A stretch of 62,591 bases of DNA, filler included, from Nitrospinae bacterium RIFCSPLOWO2_12_FULL_45_22 (GTDB lineage: Bacteria; 2-12-FULL-45-22), in assembly GCA_001803565.1 (NCBI GenBank). It is 5 parts of 5 records of this genome, joined end to end, with 100 filler letters (N's around TTAATTAATTAA, not from the genome) between each part and the next. Parts side by side here need not be neighbours in the genome. Positions count along the whole stretch, not along the records: positions 19,001 to 40,795 come from MHDQ01000017.1; 4 more parts are not named here. One strand, 5' to 3'. Position 1 is the first letter of the stretch. Each line of letters opens with the position of its first letter. Below the pieces are notes generated by a model. The model made no database searches, was not told where the DNA came from, and saw nothing but the letters and a program-made list of their open reading frames with translations. Below, piece after piece: positions 30,779-40,049 of the stretch. Made by a program: the position numbers and the translations under genes.

Positions 30779-30880
30779 AATGTTATCTTTCATTTGCAAC
30801 TCAATACTCAAGTCTGACCCCAAACTTCCATTCCCTCATCTCTCGTGTAACTTCGTGGCGCAGGCGCAACGGAATAGCGG

Positions 30881-31066
30881 TCAGGTGGAGCGCCTTGTTA
30901 GCTCTCCTTCTTTTTCTTTTTTTAATTCTGATTCTGACTTTATAGTTGTCTTAGGTTTCTGTGACAACAGATAATCAATGTATCTATCCGGATCATTGGC
31001 AAATTTTTCAGAAATAGAACTGCGAACCCTGCGGGTATCCTTTACTATTGGAGCATCTTCAATCAT
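30881..31066 (-). CDS. Small putative antitoxin-like partner of the PIN protein
   Basis: Overlaps the PIN gene stop. Motif D.PIV..TRRVR..IS. Confidence 0.6.
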   Translation of the reverse strand: MIEDAPIVKDTRRVRSSISEKFANDPDRYIDYLLSQKPKTTIKSESELKKEKEGELTRRST

Positions 31067-31517
31067 AGTAATCTCCTATTAACTGATTCGGGGTTACTAA
31101 ATTCGGTATATACAAGCGAATTTGCCGGAACTTATTCGGATTGGCAATGTGCTTACAGTTCCATGTAAGCAAATAATCACATTTGTGATATGATGCCAAT
31201 GCAAGATGTAAGGCATCCCCCAAAGGATTTTTGGGTATCACTTGATTTTGAATATATATCTTAACAATCTGTCTTATCTCATCCTCAATTGGGACTTCAG
31301 GTATATTCTCTATAAGTTCGAGGGCTTGTTGGGAATGAGGAAAATCAGGATGTTTTAATTCATCAACTACAACCCGGCTTACAACAACTTCATATCTATT
31401 TCTTAACTCATCCCACCATATACGTGTCCAATATTTTTGGGCGACTGACACAATATCGGCTCTCTCATCAAAGTATGCACCGATCACAGATGTCTCTACA
31501 TAAACTTTTTCAATCAT
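31059..31517 (-). CDS. PIN-domain (VapC-like) protein, cassette
   Basis: Motifs VYVETSVI, DALHLA and LLTWNCKHIAN. Confidence 0.85.
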   Translation of the reverse strand: MIEKVYVETSVIGAYFDERADIVSVAQKYWTRIWWDELRNRYEVVVSRVVVDELKHPDFPHSQQALELIENIPEVPIEDEIRQIVKIYIQNQVIPKNPLGDALHLALASYHKCDYLLTWNCKHIANPNKFRQIRLYIPNLVTPNQLIGDYYD

Positions 31518-31535
31518 GTACTATCCCAATATGAG

Positions 31536-31607
31536 GGCTAACGTCAAAGCTCACCTGGCGCTATGGAGCGCAGCGGAATAGCGGTCAGGTGCAGCGCCAT
31601 GTTGGGC
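31536..31607 (-). mobile_element. attC site
   Basis: GCCCAAC...GCTGCACCTGACCGCTA...GCGCCAGGTGAGC...GTTAGCC. Confidence 0.88.
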
Positions 31608-31619
31608 GAAATGGAATAT

Positions 31620-31850
31620 CTAGATTGCTATTCTTAGTGCTTCTTGCGCCTCGCGGGGTAACTGTACAAGAATGAAATAAGACTGGGGATAAAGATAATC
31701 TTCACCTGATTCATCGATTACTCTGAGGTATCCCTCTTTTTCTGCTTCCTCATCCGGCAGAACCTGGTAGATCTTACGCTTTTCTAAATCCTCACAGTCC
31801 TTGTTCTCTATACAAAGCGCAAATATCTGTCCTTTTTTTTCTTTTTCCAT
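31620..31850 (-). CDS. Small conserved cassette protein (putative TA pair member)
   Basis: Motifs LEKRKIYQVLPD and LRVIDESGEDYLYP. Tightly linked to 31855..32088. Confidence 0.7.
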   Translation of the reverse strand: MEKEKKGQIFALCIENKDCEDLEKRKIYQVLPDEEAEKEGYLRVIDESGEDYLYPQSYFILVQLPREAQEALRIAI

Positions 31851-31854
31851 AGCT

Positions 31855-32088
31855 TTAATCCAGTATCCTTTTGATTTTCATCTTCTTTCTACCAATGCCG
31901 TGGGCCTCGTACCAGTGGACCTCTGCTTTACATATCCTGCCACTCTGAAGACGGACATTCGCCACGCCTTTGAGTTTGCGCCATCGGCCAGGCCCATACT
32001 GTTTCCGAATCCGCATTATATCTTGAATTCTTCCTCCCACGGCAATGGTTTGAATTTTCTCTATTTCTCCAATTATATCTAAATACAT
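31855..32088 (-). CDS. Small basic cassette protein (putative TA pair member)
   Basis: Motifs GRWRKLKG and AEVHWYEAHGIG. Confidence 0.7.
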   Translation of the reverse strand: MYLDIIGEIEKIQTIAVGGRIQDIMRIRKQYGPGRWRKLKGVANVRLQSGRICKAEVHWYEAHGIGRKKMKIKRILD

Positions 32089-32123
32089 GGCTTATTGCAC
32101 CACAAGATATTGAATCATCATAA

Positions 32124-32210
32124 GCCCAACGACAAAAATGAGCCGCCGCGAAACGACGCTGTCTAAATCAAAGCACGCTGTATGCGGTCGGCTCCAGTGA
32201 ATTGTTGGGT
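32124..32210 (-). mobile_element. attC site
   Basis: ACCCAAC...GGAGCCGACCGC...GCGGCGGCTC...GTTGGGC. Confidence 0.82.
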
Positions 32211-32213
32211 ATA

Positions 32214-32256
32214 GTAGAGATTGGAGTCAAAGCAAAGAGTCAACTCCAATCTCTAC
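32214..32256 (-). terminator. Hairpin inside a cassette, between gene and attC
   Basis: GTAGAGATTGGAGT...ACTCCAATCTCTAC 14-bp stem. Confidence 0.55.
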
Positions 32257-32283
32257 CCCTATTAACCTTGTTAATGTGTGTCG

Positions 32284-32829
32284 CTATGGGAGATCAACAA
32301 GGACTCGAAGATCAATAAAACTTTCACCACCGAGATCTGTTGCAACCACCTTCAATACATTTGGCCCTACTAATAACAGAGGGTCTGGAGAGATAATTAA
32401 AAACTCATCCACTAGTGGACAAAAACCGTGGGTTACTACTCCTATTGACGTGCCGTTAATAAAAATCTCAGCATCGTTATCTATCGATAATTGCACCCTC
32501 AAATTATGTGCACCTGGTGGCAAAGTAAACCCTTTTTTGAGTGTTATCACAGTACTTACAGGCCAAAAACTCTTTACTGTCGACTGTAATGGGCAACCAT
32601 CACCACTGCCAAACGGCGCCTTGTGAGTGCCTGGGACTCCCACCACTTTGTATTTTGCATGATTTGGTATAACCACTATCGTTTTGTCTGTTATTCCAGG
32701 ATCAGGAGTTGGCACTGGATCTGCCACCGCAACCGATTGGAAACCCGCGGTGAGCGTAACAAACATGCCAACTACAAAAAAACACAGTGTTCTTGAGACT
32801 AATCTTTCTAATCGCTTTCTCATTTTCAT
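32284..32829 (-). CDS. Secreted beta-sandwich-like cassette protein
   Basis: Signal peptide and an IDNDAEIFING motif reminiscent of jelly-roll sugar-binding domains. Confidence 0.65.
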   Translation of the reverse strand: MKMRKRLERLVSRTLCFFVVGMFVTLTAGFQSVAVADPVPTPDPGITDKTIVVIPNHAKYKVVGVPGTHKAPFGSGDGCPLQSTVKSFWPVSTVITLKKGFTLPPGAHNLRVQLSIDNDAEIFINGTSIGVVTHGFCPLVDEFLIISPDPLLLVGPNVLKVVATDLGGESFIDLRVLVDLP

Positions 32830-32912
32830 CTCCTTGTGTGGTTAATTATACCCCCTGTGAAGGGGGGGGTTAATTTTTACAGGCTGACAATGGTCTCCCA
32901 CCATACTGTCCC

Positions 32913-32971
32913 GCCCAACTTTCGGTTCAGCGGCGGCGCTTTGCGCCGTCTGCTGGAACCGGTTGTTAGCT
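32913..32971 (-). mobile_element. attC site closing the catalase-SOD-cupin cassette
   Basis: AGCTAAC-AACCGGTTCCAGCAGACGGCGC..GCGCCGCCGCTGAACCGAAA-GTTGGGC. Confidence 0.88.
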
Positions 32972-33119
32972 GACAGTTTTGTCTATTTCTGAACTTCGCT
33001 TAGAGGGATGCCTAGTGCCATGGCCACTCCTTCGCCATAAGCCGGGTCGGCTTTCAGGCAGTTGCCGATGTGGTAATCCACCATCATTCCAGCACCGAAC
33101 AACTCCTTCGATGAAGGTC

Positions 33120-33509
33120 TCAGTGATGTTCTGCGGCCTCCGCTGCATCTGCTTCGGCTTTCGTCTTATGCACTGTGCCGTCAGGATGATTGGGCGGGGT
33201 ATAAATCGTGTAGAGCCTGACCGGTTTAGTCGAAGACGTATTGATCACATTGTGGAATATGCCGGCAGGCACCACAACCGCGTCACCGTCACCGACAAGG
33301 TGTTCCTCCTTGTCATTGAAGACGAATTTGGCATTGCCTTCTTCGATGCGGAAGAACTGGTCGACGTTTGCATGCACCTCGTTGCCGATCTCCTCATTCG
33401 GCTGCAGACACATCACCACGAGCTGGCTGTATTTGCCGGTGAATAACACCTGACGGAAGAAGCTGTTATTTAATGTTGCTTTCTCAATAGGTCCAACATA
33501 GCCTGTCAT
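33120..33509 (-). CDS. Cupin-domain protein
   Basis: Motifs EIGNEVH...DQFFRIEEG, VPAG..HNVIN and YTIYTPPNH. Confidence 0.9.
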   Translation of the reverse strand: MTGYVGPIEKATLNNSFFRQVLFTGKYSQLVVMCLQPNEEIGNEVHANVDQFFRIEEGNAKFVFNDKEEHLVGDGDAVVVPAGIFHNVINTSSTKPVRLYTIYTPPNHPDGTVHKTKAEADAAEAAEHH

Positions 33510-33591
33510 TGTCTTTACCTCCTTTTTGCAGAACAGGATTTTAGGTGCTCCCTCCCCGATTAAGGAAGGGAGTCCCTTGGATTAATAGTTC

Positions 33592-34149
33592 TTACTTAAC
33601 TACGCCACATGCTGCCCGGACACCACCGCCGCCAAGCGGGGCCGGTGTGTCGGCATAATTGTCGCCTCCAACATGAATCATAAGCGATCTTCCTTTGATG
33701 TCAGCTGCCTTCAGGCGCGGGGCAAGGACAGGAAGTGTTGCCTTCCCATCAGCAGACACGTAGAGGGCGGGCAGGTCCCCGAGATGGCCGTTGCCATAAG
33801 GTCCTTCGTGTTTGCCCGCGTTTGCAGGGTCGTAATGGCCGCCAGCAGCAAGCGCCGGGACTGCTTTCCCGTCTCCCTTCATGGCATGGGAGCAATCCGG
33901 TTTGTCATGCACATGGAACCCATGCAGACCGGGTGCAAGGTCGGTCAACTGCGGCGTCAGGATAAGTCCATATTTGCTGTCGGATGCCGTGATGGTGCCG
34001 ATTTCATTACCTATACCTTGTTCGGTCACCAGCGAGACCTTGACAATGACATCCTCGGCAAAGACATAACCGGCAAACAACAGAATGAAGGATAAAACAA
34101 GTAAAGCTTTCAACATAGCGTTCTCCTCCTTAAATTTAATGATTTGCAT
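33592..34149 (-). CDS. sodC: Cu/Zn superoxide dismutase, exported (start probably MLKALL, ~34116)
   Basis: Motifs HGFHVH, GGHYDP, HLGDLP, MIHVGGDNY and R.ACGV, plus a signal peptide. Confidence 0.96.
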   Translation of the reverse strand: MQIIKFKEENAMLKALLVLSFILLFAGYVFAEDVIVKVSLVTEQGIGNEIGTITASDSKYGLILTPQLTDLAPGLHGFHVHDKPDCSHAMKGDGKAVPALAAGGHYDPANAGKHEGPYGNGHLGDLPALYVSADGKATLPVLAPRLKAADIKGRSLMIHVGGDNYADTPAPLGGGGVRAACGVVK

Positions 34150-34158
34150 TCACTGCAA

Positions 34159-35622
34159 CTATTTGGGTATTTCACTTAACGGTATGCCAAGCGCGTCAGC
34201 TACCCCCTTGCCGTAATCAGGGTCAGCCTTAAGGCAATTGCCGATGTGACGGATATGTATCTCCCGCGGCGCGTCCTTGATAGCTCGGGCGGTGTTCGCG
34301 AAGAGGAGCGCCTGCTTTTCGGGGCCTATCAGGCGGAAGAGCAGGCCGGGCTGAGTGTAGTAATCATCATCGTCTTCGCGGAAATTCCAGTGGTCTGCAG
34401 CCCCCTCCAGCGCCAGGGGCGGTTCGGCGAATTCCGGCTGCTGCTGCCATTCCCCGTAACTGTTGGGCTCATAGCCCAGCGTGCTGCCATAATTGTCGTC
34501 AACCCGCATGGCTCCGTCGCGGTGATAGCTGTGGTAAGGGCAGCGGGGCGCATTGACCGGAATTTGGTGGTGGTTCACGCCGAGCCGGTAGCGCTGAGCG
34601 TCGCCGTATGAAAAGAGCCGTCCCTGCAGCATCTTGTCGGGTGAAAAGCCGATGCCGGGCACGATGTTGGCCGGGTTGAAGGCCGACTGCTCGACCTCGG
34701 CGAAGTAGTTCTCAGGGTTGCGGTTCAGTTCGAAGACACCCACCTCTATAAGAGGGTAATCCTTCTTGAGCCAGACCTTGGTGAGATCGAAGGGATGGAA
34801 GCGGTATTTTGCCGCGTCCTTTTCCGGCATTACCTGTATGAACATGGTCCAGAGGGGAAAGTCTTTCTTCTCGATGCTCTCATACAGGTCGCGCTGGTGG
34901 CTTTCCCGGTCTTTGCCGATAATCGCCTCTGCCTCTTCATCGGTGAGGTTCTTGCTCCCCTGCTGAGTCTTGAAGTGAAACTTGACCCAGTACCGTTCAT
35001 TCTTTGCATTAATGAAGCTGAAGGTGTGGCTGCCGAAACCGTGCATGTGGCGGTAGGAAGCGGGAATGCCCCGGTCGCTCATGACGATGGTGACCTGGTG
35101 CAGCGCCTCGGGCAGTGATGTCCAGAAATCCCAGTTGTTCTTGGCGCTGCGCATATTGGTGCGTGGATCGCGTTTCACGGCGTGGTTGAGGTCGGGGAAT
35201 TTCAGCGGATCACGCATGAAGAATACCGGCGTGTTGTTGCCCACCAGGTCCCAGTTGCCTTCCTCAGTGTAGAACTTCATGGCAAAGCCCCGGATGTCGC
35301 GCTCCGCATCCGCCGCACCTCGTTCCCCGGCCACAGTGGAGAAGCGGACGAAGAGATCGGTCTTCTTGCCGATTTTGGAAAAAATCTTCGCTTTGGTGTA
35401 ACGGGTGATGTCGTGGGTAACAGTGAAGGTGCCGTAAGCACCAGAACCCTTGGCGTGCATTCTCCGCTCGGGGATGACCTCCCGGTCGAAGTGGGCGAGC
35501 TTTTCCAAGAACCAGACATCCTGCAGCAGCATCGGGCCGCGCGGCCCGGCTGTCATGACATTCTGATTGTCTGGGACAGGTGCCCCGGCGTTGGTGGTCA
35601 ATTTCTTCTTCTCGTCTTTCAT
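34159..35622 (-). CDS. katA: Monofunctional small-subunit haem catalase
   Basis: Motifs [25 protein letters not shown] and [14 protein letters not shown]. Confidence 0.97.
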   Translation of the reverse strand: MKDEKKKLTTNAGAPVPDNQNVMTAGPRGPMLLQDVWFLEKLAHFDREVIPERRMHAKGSGAYGTFTVTHDITRYTKAKIFSKIGKKTDLFVRFSTVAGERGAADAERDIRGFAMKFYTEEGNWDLVGNNTPVFFMRDPLKFPDLNHAVKRDPRTNMRSAKNNWDFWTSLPEALHQVTIVMSDRGIPASYRHMHGFGSHTFSFINAKNERYWVKFHFKTQQGSKNLTDEEAEAIIGKDRESHQRDLYESIEKKDFPLWTMFIQVMPEKDAAKYRFHPFDLTKVWLKKDYPLIEVGVFELNRNPENYFAEVEQSAFNPANIVPGIGFSPDKMLQGRLFSYGDAQRYRLGVNHHQIPVNAPRCPYHSYHRDGAMRVDDNYGSTLGYEPNSYGEWQQQPEFAEPPLALEGAADHWNFREDDDDYYTQPGLLFRLIGPEKQALLFANTARAIKDAPREIHIRHIGNCLKADPDYGKGVADALGIPLSEIPK

Positions 35623-35659
35623 GGTCTTTCTCCTTTCGGGTTTTGATTTGGTTCAGCTA

Positions 35660-36516
35660 ATCGGGATAGGGGGGAGCCTCACGACCCCCCTCCTCCCACA
35701 CCACCACTGCATTCGGATCACGAACAGGGCGGTTCGGTAGATTACTCTGGTCCTATGGACCAGCCGGGTGTTCAGTCAGAATGGCGCAACGACCAATTCG
35801 CTTGCCCTCTTCGGACAGGCCACCACACATATAGTGCCGGTGTAATNNNNNNNNACACATATAGTGCCGGTGTAATGAACGTTATCCAAACCACCTACTG
35901 ACCCTCTCATACCGTTCGGGCCCTCAGAGGCGGCATAACAACAGACTCAACCCGTTTAGGCCGAGAGTTTCCGTCACCTACTCTTTCGATATGCAGGGCG
36001 GGTTCCTAGTTCGTCCATGCAAGCCTTGCCTGCTGTCTGTGTCTCTTCTCCTAATATGCCCTCTGCTGACTCCTGCACAGCGATCAGACACGATTGCTCG
36101 TGCCTCAGTCTATTCCTGTGGCTCCAGGCTGAACTTTGTCTTCTCTGTTTGCCGCCTGGTTTCCCGGCGGTGCCACAATATCTCAGCCATACCTTCTGTT
36201 AAGACACTGTACAGGCCTCCCGGGGTAAGACACAGAGCTTTCAGCGCGTAAACGCCGGATTTATAAAGCACACCCACCTCACGGATGGAGGACTTCCTGG
36301 TCACGTGCCCACTCGTCCCGGGTGTACCACACCTCATATCCGGTTCCTGTTCGTCGCCCCGCACTTTTGGATTGGACTTCCTCCAGACCCCACCTCACGA
36401 TGACGCCCTTGTCCTTCTTCCTTCGCTTAGGCTCAGGACAAGCTCTAACCTTCGGCTCCGATAATACCTGGTACGAGGACTTTCACCTCGCCAGTCCTGT
36501 GCCATGCCCGGCACAC
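35660..36516 (-). mobile_element. Group IIC intron, apparently ORF-less, inserted in the attC R' box
   Basis: 5' end GTGTGCCGGGCATGG. Domain V GAACCGCC...GGTGGTGT with a CGC triad, and domain VI ending CTATCCCGAT. Exons rejoin to CCGT|TAGCT. Confidence 0.9.
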
Positions 36517-36569
36517 ACGGTTGAGGTCAGCGGTGGCTGTAAGCCATCCGCTGGAGTGATTTGTTGGGG
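36517..36569 (-). mobile_element. attC site (5' part; remainder at 35655-35659)
   Basis: CCCCAAC-AAATCACTCCAGCGGATGGC..GCCACCGCTGACCTCAACC-GT|TAGCT. Confidence 0.85.
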
Positions 36570-36570
36570 T

Positions 36571-37314
36571 TCATAGATTCTTCTCGATAATCTCCTTGAT
36601 GTACTTCGGGATATCTTTCTGAAGTTCCATCGTTCTTCTTTTGAGGCGATCGTAAACTGAGACTTCATCACCAGACCACATAATGTCCACGCGGCGCGCT
36701 TGTCGCATGGCGACGTGGTCGTAGTCTTCTGGATAGGCCCAGTAACATCTCCGGCATATCTCCGGCTTCTTCATCTCTTGCCAGTTGACACAGTGCTCGC
36801 ATGACCAAGACTTCGCACGGTTGGCCGACCCACAGAGAAGCATGTACGAGTTCGCATCCTCCATTTTCGTTTCATCATCACCGGCGACTTCGAATGGTAT
36901 TCGATGGTCGATCTGGAGAAGCCGTTCTTCGAACTCTTCCAGATAGATGGCGCAACGACTCCCATGGAGGTCGATCAATTTCGCTTTAAGCTGCTTGGCG
37001 AAGGCGGTCCGGCCTCTGAGCTTTGAGAATCTTGCTTTCTTGGGATCGCCAAAGCGGTAAGCCCCGATCTTACGGCCATCACTCCCGGTAACGCGGAACA
37101 TCTCCAATGGAATGCCTTGTTCCTTGACATCCCGAGCTGCCCTCGGGGGATGGTTGTATCCGTACTTTTCCTTCAACTCTTCAGTTGTGATCTGTCCATG
37201 CTTCAGGATATGGTCGATTACTGTGCGGGGCCGCTTAGCCGTGACTGCCTTGCACTTCTTCACGAATTCGCGGGGCAGATCCTTCGCTTTCATTTGCGGC
37301 CCTCCATAAGGCAA
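36571..37314 (-). CDS. HNH type II restriction endonuclease, SphI-like (start probably 37293)
   Basis: GYNHPPRAARDV, QIDHRIPF, LCGSANRAKSWSCEHC and C..CYWA.PE recall R.SphI (from memory). Confidence 0.8.
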   Translation of the reverse strand: MPYGGPQMKAKDLPREFVKKCKAVTAKRPRTVIDHILKHGQITTEELKEKYGYNHPPRAARDVKEQGIPLEMFRVTGSDGRKIGAYRFGDPKKARFSKLRGRTAFAKQLKAKLIDLHGSRCAIYLEEFEERLLQIDHRIPFEVAGDDETKMEDANSYMLLCGSANRAKSWSCEHCVNWQEMKKPEICRRCYWAYPEDYDHVAMRQARRVDIMWSGDEVSVYDRLKRRTMELQKDIPKYIKEIIEKNL

Positions 37315-38237
37315 AGTTGCTCTCCCCGTGTGTAGCGATATACCGTCGGGACATGCGCCAGTTCGTCGGCAAGGCTTGGGGACAGGTACAGCGACTCAAT
37401 GGTGACATCGACTCTGCCCAACAGTGTTGCTTGGGTAGACCGGCCTGCATAAAGTTCAATCAGTGTCAGATTAAGTTCCTCCGGGAGGAGTTTACCGAAG
37501 GTCTTAACCCCGGTACGTCCATCGTAGCTGACCAAATAGCGAATGCCTTTCTGGTTTAAACTATCGAGTGCTTCGACGAATTCGCAGAACTGCACGCTTT
37601 GTAGGTACCGCGTGTCTCTGTTGCCACAAACCCCTTGGTATGGAGGATCCATATAGACAAGGTCGGCTGGTGTAACCCTTTCAAGAACGTCACGATAGTT
37701 CACCGACGTGACAGTTGTCTTCCCCTTCAAATAATACGAAGCGCCAAGAATCTGCAGGCGCATTGTTTCCGGTCGCATTCCCTGTCGCCTGTTGTCTGGA
37801 CTCTGGTTGAATTCGCCTTGTGAGTTGTATCGAACAGAGCCTTTAACACAACGAGCCAGCAGGTATAGGAAAAGGTCGGAACGGCCGGTACGATTGAAGT
37901 CATTCCGTACTTTGTCATAGAAAGACCGTGGGTCATCTAGTTGCTTTCTCCAGAGTGCTTCATACTGGGTGGCAATTTTTTCTGGTGTTTCGATGATGGC
38001 ACGCCATAGGTCCATAAGGGGCTTGTTTAGATCATTGATATGGTAGCGATGGCCAAGTTTATTCACTGCAGCGGCTATGGTAATGGCAGCCGAACCAGCA
38101 AATGGCTCGTACAGCGTCCCCACCTTTTGCGAGAAATACCGTAGGATATCCGCAGCAAGATTTCTCTTGCTGCCTTGGTATGGGATAGGATGTGGGACTG
38201 TCTTCGTCTTCATGTCACCTTTTTTTCTATACCCCAA
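37290..38237 (-). CDS. Dam-like (alpha-class) adenine methyltransferase (start probably 38213)
   Basis: Motifs PYQGSK, EPFAGSAA and YMDPPY. Overlaps the HNH gene. Confidence 0.92.
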   Translation of the reverse strand: MGYRKKGDMKTKTVPHPIPYQGSKRNLAADILRYFSQKVGTLYEPFAGSAAITIAAAVNKLGHRYHINDLNKPLMDLWRAIIETPEKIATQYEALWRKQLDDPRSFYDKVRNDFNRTGRSDLFLYLLARCVKGSVRYNSQGEFNQSPDNRRQGMRPETMRLQILGASYYLKGKTTVTSVNYRDVLERVTPADLVYMDPPYQGVCGNRDTRYLQSVQFCEFVEALDSLNQKGIRYLVSYDGRTGVKTFGKLLPEELNLTLIELYAGRSTQATLLGRVDVTIESLYLSPSLADELAHVPTVYRYTRGEQLCLMEGRK

Positions 38238-38303
38238 CGCCGGGCATCACCTGGACCAAAAGCCGCTAGGCTTTTGGGATCAGAGTGAATGCCCTTGTTC
38301 GCC
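38232..38303 (-). mobile_element. attC site
   Basis: GGCGAAC-AAGGGCATTCAC...CCAAAAGCC..GGCTTTTGG...GTGATGCCCGGC-GTTGGGG. Confidence 0.88.
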
Positions 38304-38320
38304 TCGCTGTCTTGTCTTGA

Positions 38321-39277
38321 CTATATCATGAACTTTCCGCCGGCTTCTCTTTCGAGAGCCGCAGTAATAAATGAGCACGCTACAAAGACGTACTGAAGCC
38401 CCGTAGACTGTTGGATTTCCCAGATATTGCCGACCTCTGGGTCAACATCAACACCATGATCAGCAGCGTTTCTAACTTGTCCCAAATACTTAGCCGCTTC
38501 AACCACTTTCTTAGGCAAGTGGTTTCCCGGGCGAAACTTGTCCAGCTTCTGGTTGATGCCATTGGCACCGGCAAGGTTAACGGTGAGCCTGTCCGCCAAA
38601 CGTGCCAGGAATGACTCGACTGCTCTCGCGCCGTCGGCTACGGCACCGTTCGTTCTTGAGGCAGTGGCGTTTAGGAGGGCGTTCGCCAGAGGAACGATTA
38701 CCTCTGTTCGATCGAGTTGGTCAACTCTTGATCCTATCTGCTGGCGTATGATGGCCTCCGCAGCAGCCAGATCATTTGCGGAAGCGGCTAAACCCCAGAG
38801 TTGATTGTTAAGCTCATGGTCTGCTGCGGTATAACGCCCCCCGCCTTTACTGGAAAGTGCACTTGTATAAGTCCCAAGACTGATGAGAGTATCCTTGACT
38901 TCCTCTCTGTGGGCATCGATATCAAGCTTAGCCTTAGTCTGCTGAGCTGCAGTGTCTGCAGAATTTGTGGCGGTCAGCCTATTCCGAAAGACAATGAAGG
39001 GCTCGTATGACTCGAGTACTACGCGGAGTAAAGCGGCCTTCCGGCTTTCGTCTGGAGTTGCAACGAACGATACTATCGGATTCGCTGACGTGTATTTCCC
39101 GGCATTGAGATGAAGTAACCCTAAATCTGCAGATAGCTGAAGCGCATTGTCTGCCTGAGTCGCAGACAGGTCACAAAAGTTCTGCACAAACGTTGAATCC
39201 GCCTCGCCATTAGCCTGAACGGCCTCGGTTACCTGCATTACGAGCTCTGCTGTACTTTGTGCAAATGGTCTTGGCAT
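38321..39277 (-). CDS. Hypothetical protein with a C-terminal HEPN-like RxxxxH motif
   Basis: Helical C-terminal domain containing RNAADH, and a wHTH-like N-terminal part. Confidence 0.6.
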   Translation of the reverse strand: MPRPFAQSTAELVMQVTEAVQANGEADSTFVQNFCDLSATQADNALQLSADLGLLHLNAGKYTSANPIVSFVATPDESRKAALLRVVLESYEPFIVFRNRLTATNSADTAAQQTKAKLDIDAHREEVKDTLISLGTYTSALSSKGGGRYTAADHELNNQLWGLAASANDLAAAEAIIRQQIGSRVDQLDRTEVIVPLANALLNATASRTNGAVADGARAVESFLARLADRLTVNLAGANGINQKLDKFRPGNHLPKKVVEAAKYLGQVRNAADHGVDVDPEVGNIWEIQQSTGLQYVFVACSFITAALEREAGGKFMI

Positions 39278-39279
39278 GT

Positions 39280-40017
39280 TTACTCGTCTCCGTCTGCGTC
39301 ACTGGCCTCGTTACCAGCGATTTCTTGGATCAATGCTTTAACTTGAGTACCAAGCCCTTGAATATCATCGGGAGTGCAGTTGATGTTGATCTGTATGTTG
39401 ATTTGGACGCGCTGGCTTGTATCTACAGGAAGAGCTATGGGGGATCGTGGTGGTTGAGAAATCATTTGCGATTCCCGCAGAGTCTCGTTCTGTGCGGGAG
39501 AGTCTGCATGTGCTCTCGGGACTTCGCCTGGATCTTTGAGCAGATACTTTCCGTCAACTTCCACAATGAGTTCTGCTGCTTTCAGAATATCGATCACCGT
39601 TCGTGCTCCTGTCATGAACTGACGCTTTTTTGGTTGTCCGGCAGAGTAAGCGATGTGGGCTTCGAGTGTCTGAGAATCCATACCGTTTCTAATGCGAACA
39701 GCGGTCAGGAGCTTAGTGAGAAACTCATCTTCTTCTACTATGTGCCGCCATGATTTGCGGATTTCATCAGGCATATCGTGCTCCAATGCGTGACCCAATT
39801 GCTGGCCGGCCAGGGTTGGCATTTTCTTTTTGCCACCTTCAAGAATACCTGTTGCTACAAAGAAGCCGACATTTTTGCTGATGTTTGGAACGCCGACACC
39901 TGTAAGCCTGCTGATCTCACCTAGCTCTGTGGGTTTTGTGACATGGCTATACGCTTTGATGAACTTAACCAATTCATCATATGAGGATAGGGGGAGTTTG
40001 AATTTGTCATCTGGCAT
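39280..40017 (-). CDS. DUF5343-like winged-helix protein
   Basis: LP..SY.EL.K.IKAY start, PT..G..L, and a C-terminal QINIQININ segment. Confidence 0.55.
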   Translation of the reverse strand: MPDDKFKLPLSSYDELVKFIKAYSHVTKPTELGEISRLTGVGVPNISKNVGFFVATGILEGGKKKMPTLAGQQLGHALEHDMPDEIRKSWRHIVEEDEFLTKLLTAVRIRNGMDSQTLEAHIAYSAGQPKKRQFMTGARTVIDILKAAELIVEVDGKYLLKDPGEVPRAHADSPAQNETLRESQMISQPPRSPIALPVDTSQRVQINIQININCTPDDIQGLGTQVKALIQEIAGNEASDADGDE

Positions 40018-40049
40018 GTACTTATTATCTCCTTTCCTTTTTATTAATA

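Noticed and set aside
32790-32815. RLERLVS peptide resembling the translation of an attC bottom strand
   Set aside because: The nucleotide sequence does not resemble an attC and has no palindrome; likely coincidence.
34246-35646. Antisense and alternative-frame ORFs over katA and other long genes
   Set aside because: Shadow ORFs of real genes with no recognisable motifs.
35825-35876. 22-nt direct repeat ACACATATAGTGCCGGTGTAAT flanking 7 Ns
   Set aside because: Typical scaffolding overlap artefact, not a target-site duplication.
35991-36671. Short ORFs within the IIC intron (and 18953-19553 in the other intron)
   Set aside because: No RT or maturase motifs; they are chance frames in structured RNA.
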